Shown one piece after another: positions 26,133 to 29,660 of a stretch of 29,660 nt of DNA; position 1 is the first letter of the stretch, and the number at the start of each line of letters is the position of its first letter. The translations under genes and the position numbers were made by a program. Location: positions 1 through 29,660 of the IMG/VR virus record IMGVR_UViG_3300025296_000087. One strand, given 5' to 3'. The notes beneath the pieces are model-generated. The model was not told the origin of the DNA, searched no databases, and was given only the letters and a program-made list of their open reading frames with translations. This DNA comes from a virus. Its lineage: Duplodnaviria > Caudoviricetes.

Positions 26133-26408
26133 ATGAAATGTGCAGGTAACCTGAAGGAATCTTGCAGTAATGATGCTACTCATTACGCTTGGATTCCTGA
26201 ACATATAGATGATGAATTCGTAGATATAAAACCTTCACGCATCTGCAATGAGCACGCTACAGAAATAAAAGCATTCTCAGATGTTGTTTACATCACAGTA
26301 GTATCAATAGATAATTTTACAGGTGATTGTGATTGCTGTCGTTATTATTGCGAAGACTGCGAATGTGAAGACTGTTTAATGAAACTAAAATGGATAAAGG
26401 AGAAGTAA
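26133..26408 (+). CDS. Cys-rich small protein
   Basis: AAGGAG RBS; CDCCRYYCEDCECEDC. Confidence 0.65.
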   Translation: MKCAGNLKESCSNDATHYAWIPEHIDDEFVDIKPSRICNEHATEIKAFSDVVYITVVSIDNFTGDCDCCRYYCEDCECEDCLMKLKWIKEK

Positions 26409-26409
26409 A

Positions 26410-26556
26410 ATGAGTAATTGGCAAATTCTAGAACCGTTTCTTGTATTCTTCGGAGTTATAATGGCTTGCATCTATTCAATACTATTTGCAGAAGAATTAT
26501 CTAACTTATTTTGGAAGCTTGTAAATAATATTTATAATCTTGTAAGAAGAAAATAA
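26410..26556 (+). CDS. Small TM protein (48 aa, not in ORF track)
   Basis: AAGGAG RBS; MSNWQILEPFLVFFGVIMACIYSILFAEE... Confidence 0.55.
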   Translation: MSNWQILEPFLVFFGVIMACIYSILFAEELSNLFWKLVNNIYNLVRRK

Positions 26557-26736
26557 ATGTGGGATAAATTAGTAAGTGACGAAGAACATAGAAGACTATT
26601 GAAAGAGTGTGGTCTTCCTGTATCTATTGCTAAACATCCCAAATCAAGAGAAGAACTTGAAGAGATATATCCACACTTAAAGATGTCAGATGCAGAAAAA
26701 GAAGTAAGAAGAATAGTAAACAAAAAGGAGAAGTGA
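26557..26736 (+). CDS. Hypothetical protein (59 aa, not in ORF track)
   Basis: ATG immediately after the upstream TAA; MWDKLVSDEEHRRLLKECGL... Confidence 0.5.
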   Translation: MWDKLVSDEEHRRLLKECGLPVSIAKHPKSREELEEIYPHLKMSDAEKEVRRIVNKKEK

Positions 26737-26737
26737 G

Positions 26738-26908
26738 ATGAAATGGAGAATGCCTTTCAAATTCAGGAAGTGGATTGATATAGATATTGGTTGCAGGAAA
26801 TCACACAAGTGGTTTGAATTTAGAATAAGAGGATATGGATTAGATGTATACTATACTGCAGGTGAAGGATTTGGTAGGTATCCATTTAAGAGTAAATCCA
26901 TATACTAG
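26738..26908 (+). CDS. Hypothetical protein (56 aa, not in ORF track)
   Basis: AAGGAG RBS; MKWRMPFKFRKWIDIDIGC... Confidence 0.5.
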   Translation: MKWRMPFKFRKWIDIDIGCRKSHKWFEFRIRGYGLDVYYTAGEGFGRYPFKSKSIY

Positions 26909-26926
26909 AAAAAAAGGAGAAGTAAA

Positions 26927-27247
26927 ATGAATCCAGTAGAAAAAAGAACGTCAAGAGCGTTTTCTGAAAACGTACCTGTCGGGAAGTTTGGAGTAGACAG
27001 CGGTCAAATTATTATTGTTGACCCTTGCTACCTGAATGAATGGCTGCACAATAGAATGGATGAAGAAAGTGCAGAAGAACTAAGTTGGAGTAATGTTTGC
27101 AGAACTACATTAGATGAAGAATTCCAAATTGGAGATTCGTGTGCAGTAGTATCTACTACAGGACACGGAGATGGACTTTATCCTGTATATGCAGACTTCG
27201 ATGAAGCAGGAGCTGTGAAAGAGTTAAGAATAAGGTTCTTACGTTGA
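26927..27247 (+). CDS. DUF4241-like protein
   Basis: GVDSGQIIIVDPCY and TGHGDGLYPVY motifs. Confidence 0.6.
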   Translation: MNPVEKRTSRAFSENVPVGKFGVDSGQIIIVDPCYLNEWLHNRMDEESAEELSWSNVCRTTLDEEFQIGDSCAVVSTTGHGDGLYPVYADFDEAGAVKELRIRFLR

Positions 27248-27456
27248 TGACACCAATAAGTAACTCAAGCTACAGAAATATGATTAGTATCTTAAATGAT
27301 ACTGAAAACCAGGACAGGAAGATTGTTGATGCAGAAGCATGTCTAAGAGCATATGGAAGCTATAAAGACTTTGAAGTAGACACCTTCCTGAAAGATTGTG
27401 GCCTGATTAACAATGAATATCTGCAACAAATAGCAACTGAGGTAAAAAGAATATGA
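27244..27456 (+). CDS. Hypothetical protein
   Basis: 70 aa, overlapping the upstream stop. Confidence 0.55.
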   Translation: MMTPISNSSYRNMISILNDTENQDRKIVDAEACLRAYGSYKDFEVDTFLKDCGLINNEYLQQIATEVKRI

Positions 27457-27520
27457 TTCTATTCCTAAATGTAGTCGTTCTAGTAATATTAGTTGTTTGG
27501 ATTATAATTGACTGGAATAA

Positions 27521-28264
27521 ATGGAGGTATCTAAAATGAATCATCCGTATTTAGGCAGGACTGAGTTGTTTACATATCCTGACAGTAGCCACAAAGCAGA
27601 AAAGGCTCTTCCTATGGAATATGCAAACTTTATAATGTATATGAAGCCATATAAGACAGAAATAGATGGTAAAGTAAGAAATGTTTGCAGTATGGCTAAA
27701 ACCTGTATAAAACCCTGTCTTGTAACAGCCGGCAGGGGTGCATTCGGTGCTGTAAAACAAGCAAGAAGGAAACGTACAAGATTTTATTGGCAGGACAGAA
27801 CTGGATTCCTGGAATGTCTTGAACAATCAGTAGATAGAGCAGTAGGATGGGCAGAAAGAAGAAGTCTTACTCCTGTATTTAGATTAAATGGTACTTCTGA
27901 CCTTCCATTTCATAGAATGAATGTGATGCAGAACTTTTCCGATGTACAATTTTATGATTATACCAAAGTTTCTAGAAGATTAACGCAGAAATTGCCAGAC
28001 AACTATCATCTTACTTTCAGCTATGATGGAACTAATATGGAATCCTGTATGGTGGCGTTACTGAATGGAATCAATGTTGCAGCCGTATTCAAGAATGAAT
28101 TTCCTGCACATCATACTATAGGCACAGAAACTGAAGTAGGAATATTTAAGGTAATAGATGGAGATAAGCACGATTTAAGATTTCTGGATGAATCTCCTGC
28201 AATAGTAGCACTTTCACCGAAAGGTAAAGCAAGAAAGGATGATTCAGTATTTATCATTAACTAA
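27521..28264 (+). CDS. GP88-like protein (radical-SAM-like Cys cluster); likely start ATG 27536
   Basis: CSMAKTCIKPCL..AGRG, RLNGTSD, FYDYTK, NYHLTFS, DGDKHDLRFLD motifs. Confidence 0.6.
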   Translation: MEVSKMNHPYLGRTELFTYPDSSHKAEKALPMEYANFIMYMKPYKTEIDGKVRNVCSMAKTCIKPCLVTAGRGAFGAVKQARRKRTRFYWQDRTGFLECLEQSVDRAVGWAERRSLTPVFRLNGTSDLPFHRMNVMQNFSDVQFYDYTKVSRRLTQKLPDNYHLTFSYDGTNMESCMVALLNGINVAAVFKNEFPAHHTIGTETEVGIFKVIDGDKHDLRFLDESPAIVALSPKGKARKDDSVFIIN

Positions 28265-28278
28265 AAAGGAGCAGGAAA

Positions 28279-28719
28279 ATGAGTAACAAACACGGAACTT
28301 TGTTTCCGTCATATCTAAGAAATAGAGATGATGAAGGAAACTTAGTGATAGAAGTAGATGAATATGAAGTTATGTACAGGAATTATCCCCTGCAGGACAT
28401 ACCTCCAAGAGATACAGGGTGTGCAATACCTGTTTCTAGAACTTGGGATAAAGATAAGCCACTAAGACAGTTTGCTGTTACTGTGCACAACTTACCACCA
28501 ACTGTAAAATCATATACTAGCAAGTTAGATGATTTTATAATATACTACAATTCCCTTAATAGAAATGAAGAAGAAGCTATAGACTCCTGCAAAGAATTAC
28601 TTAAAGACCATCCAGTATCTCCTCACAAGCTTCTTGCAGTGTGGGAACATACTAGAGGTGAAGGATGGAAGAAGATTAAGAATCTTGACATAACACTAAC
28701 ACAAAAAAAGGAGCAGTAA
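28279..28719 (+). CDS. Hypothetical protein
   Basis: AAGGAG RBS, 146 aa. Confidence 0.7.
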   Translation: MSNKHGTLFPSYLRNRDDEGNLVIEVDEYEVMYRNYPLQDIPPRDTGCAIPVSRTWDKDKPLRQFAVTVHNLPPTVKSYTSKLDDFIIYYNSLNRNEEEAIDSCKELLKDHPVSPHKLLAVWEHTRGEGWKKIKNLDITLTQKKEQ

Positions 28720-28720
28720 G

Positions 28721-28954
28721 ATGAAACAGGAAGTATCTATGCACTATAGTGTAGAAACAGACACATCTTTGCAGTATACAGTCGACTCAGAAAAGGCTAC
28801 TGTAATTTGTGTGCATACTCAAAGCTACAGGTCAGGAGATTACGAGATAATAGATGAAAAGCTATTTCCAAATTCTCCTGAAGGCATGAAAGATGCAGAG
28901 AAGTATGCAGAAGGGTTGTGTTCTAAATATAAAACTAGGTATGAATTCTATTAA
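28721..28954 (+). CDS. Hypothetical protein
   Basis: AAGGAG RBS, 77 aa. Confidence 0.65.
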   Translation: MKQEVSMHYSVETDTSLQYTVDSEKATVICVHTQSYRSGDYEIIDEKLFPNSPEGMKDAEKYAEGLCSKYKTRYEFY

Positions 28955-28974
28955 CATCAAAAAGGAGCAGAAAA

Positions 28975-29220
28975 ATGGGTGAACAATCACTACAGGGAAT
29001 GAAAGAGATGTGTGGGCAGAATGAATATGCATTGTTATACTGGCACCTGCAATCAAATCACTTTCCTCCCATAGATACAGACTTTGTTGAGACTGCACAA
29101 AAAGCTTTGCAGTATGCAAGGGAAGAAGACTACGAACAACAGATAGAAATGCCTAATGGTAAAACTCTTGAAGTAAGAGAGATACTAGACGGAATGCACC
29201 TGTGGGAAATTATTGAATAA
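28975..29220 (+). CDS. Hypothetical protein
   Basis: AAGGAG RBS, 81 aa. Confidence 0.65.
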   Translation: MGEQSLQGMKEMCGQNEYALLYWHLQSNHFPPIDTDFVETAQKALQYAREEDYEQQIEMPNGKTLEVREILDGMHLWEIIE

Positions 29221-29235
29221 TAAAGGAGATTCAGG

Positions 29236-29559
29236 ATGTCAAAAGTACAGAAAAACCGTGTTGATAGAATCAATGCGATTATTGACACGCTAAAAAGCAC
29301 AATAAGAGAAAGTGATAGTAATGGATACTTCGAAGTTACTTCTGTACACAGAGGTGATTTAGAAGCTATAGGATATAACACTTCTAAGATAACAGATAGT
29401 GAGATGTTTTATCTTGCCAAAAAGATGGCAGCAGCATATGTTGAGAATGGTTTCTGGCAAGACCTAGAAATTCTTGCAGAAACCTATATGGAAGACGGAA
29501 CTCTATCAATAACCAAAAAGGAGAATAACGATGGAAATAACACGAAAAGCCCTGCGTGA
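29236..29559 (+). CDS. Hypothetical protein
   Basis: AAGGAG RBS, 107 aa. Confidence 0.65.
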   Translation: MSKVQKNRVDRINAIIDTLKSTIRESDSNGYFEVTSVHRGDLEAIGYNTSKITDSEMFYLAKKMAAAYVENGFWQDLEILAETYMEDGTLSITKKENNDGNNTKSPA

Positions 29560-29659
29560 ATTCAGAGAAGAATTCAATGATGCGGTAAGCTCATTGCAGG
29601 AAAAACACGAAATAGCTATAGAAGCAGGAAGTATATCGTATAATGAAGATGGCTTTCGC
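29531..29659 (+). CDS. Hypothetical protein, truncated by the window edge
   Basis: AAGGAG RBS; MEITRKALREFREEFNDAVSSLQEKHEI... Confidence 0.55.
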   Translation, partial: MEITRKALREFREEFNDAVSSLQEKHEIAIEAGSISYNEDGFR

Positions 29660-29660
29660 T

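Noticed and set aside
24593-29381. Minus-strand ORFs in the right arm (24593-25021, 26532-26723, 27551-27826, 28862-29119, 29130-29381)
   Set aside because: They are antisense to RBS-supported plus-strand genes.
1-29660. CRISPR array, tRNA, integrase/att site, DGR, or stop-codon reassignment
   Set aside because: No regularly spaced repeats, cloverleaf, recombinase or reverse transcriptase seen. Genes are full length in the standard code, and TAA, TAG and TGA are all used as stops.

Overview
The window is a 29.7 kb piece of a tailed, podovirus-like (P22-portal / short-tail type) bacteriophage genome. Positions 1-24052 are a leftward late operon: metallophosphoesterase, terminase small and large subunits, portal, scaffold, major capsid, adaptors, tail fibres, a lysis/membrane-protein cassette with a GH108 endolysin, tail nozzle and putative ejection proteins. 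A control region with divergent and face-to-face sigma70-type promoters and a (TA)n tract (about 24050-24600) separates it from a rightward cluster of small early-type genes. The most striking element is embedded in the lysis cassette: a translationally coupled lipoprotein, an intact heme-NO-sensing H-NOX protein, and a membrane protein with a tandem MshEN (c-di-GMP receptor-type) motif. Together these suggest a possible phage NO/c-di-GMP sensing module linked to lysis. Other notable signals are two copies of a probable structured RNA/operator with a conserved core and compensatory stems upstream of tail genes, a 31-aa bS22/mS38-like ribosomal peptide hidden before terL, an apparent ATA start codon, apparent total GATC avoidance, and an oriented AAGCTAC motif in the early region. 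All family assignments come from motif recognition by eye, not database searches.
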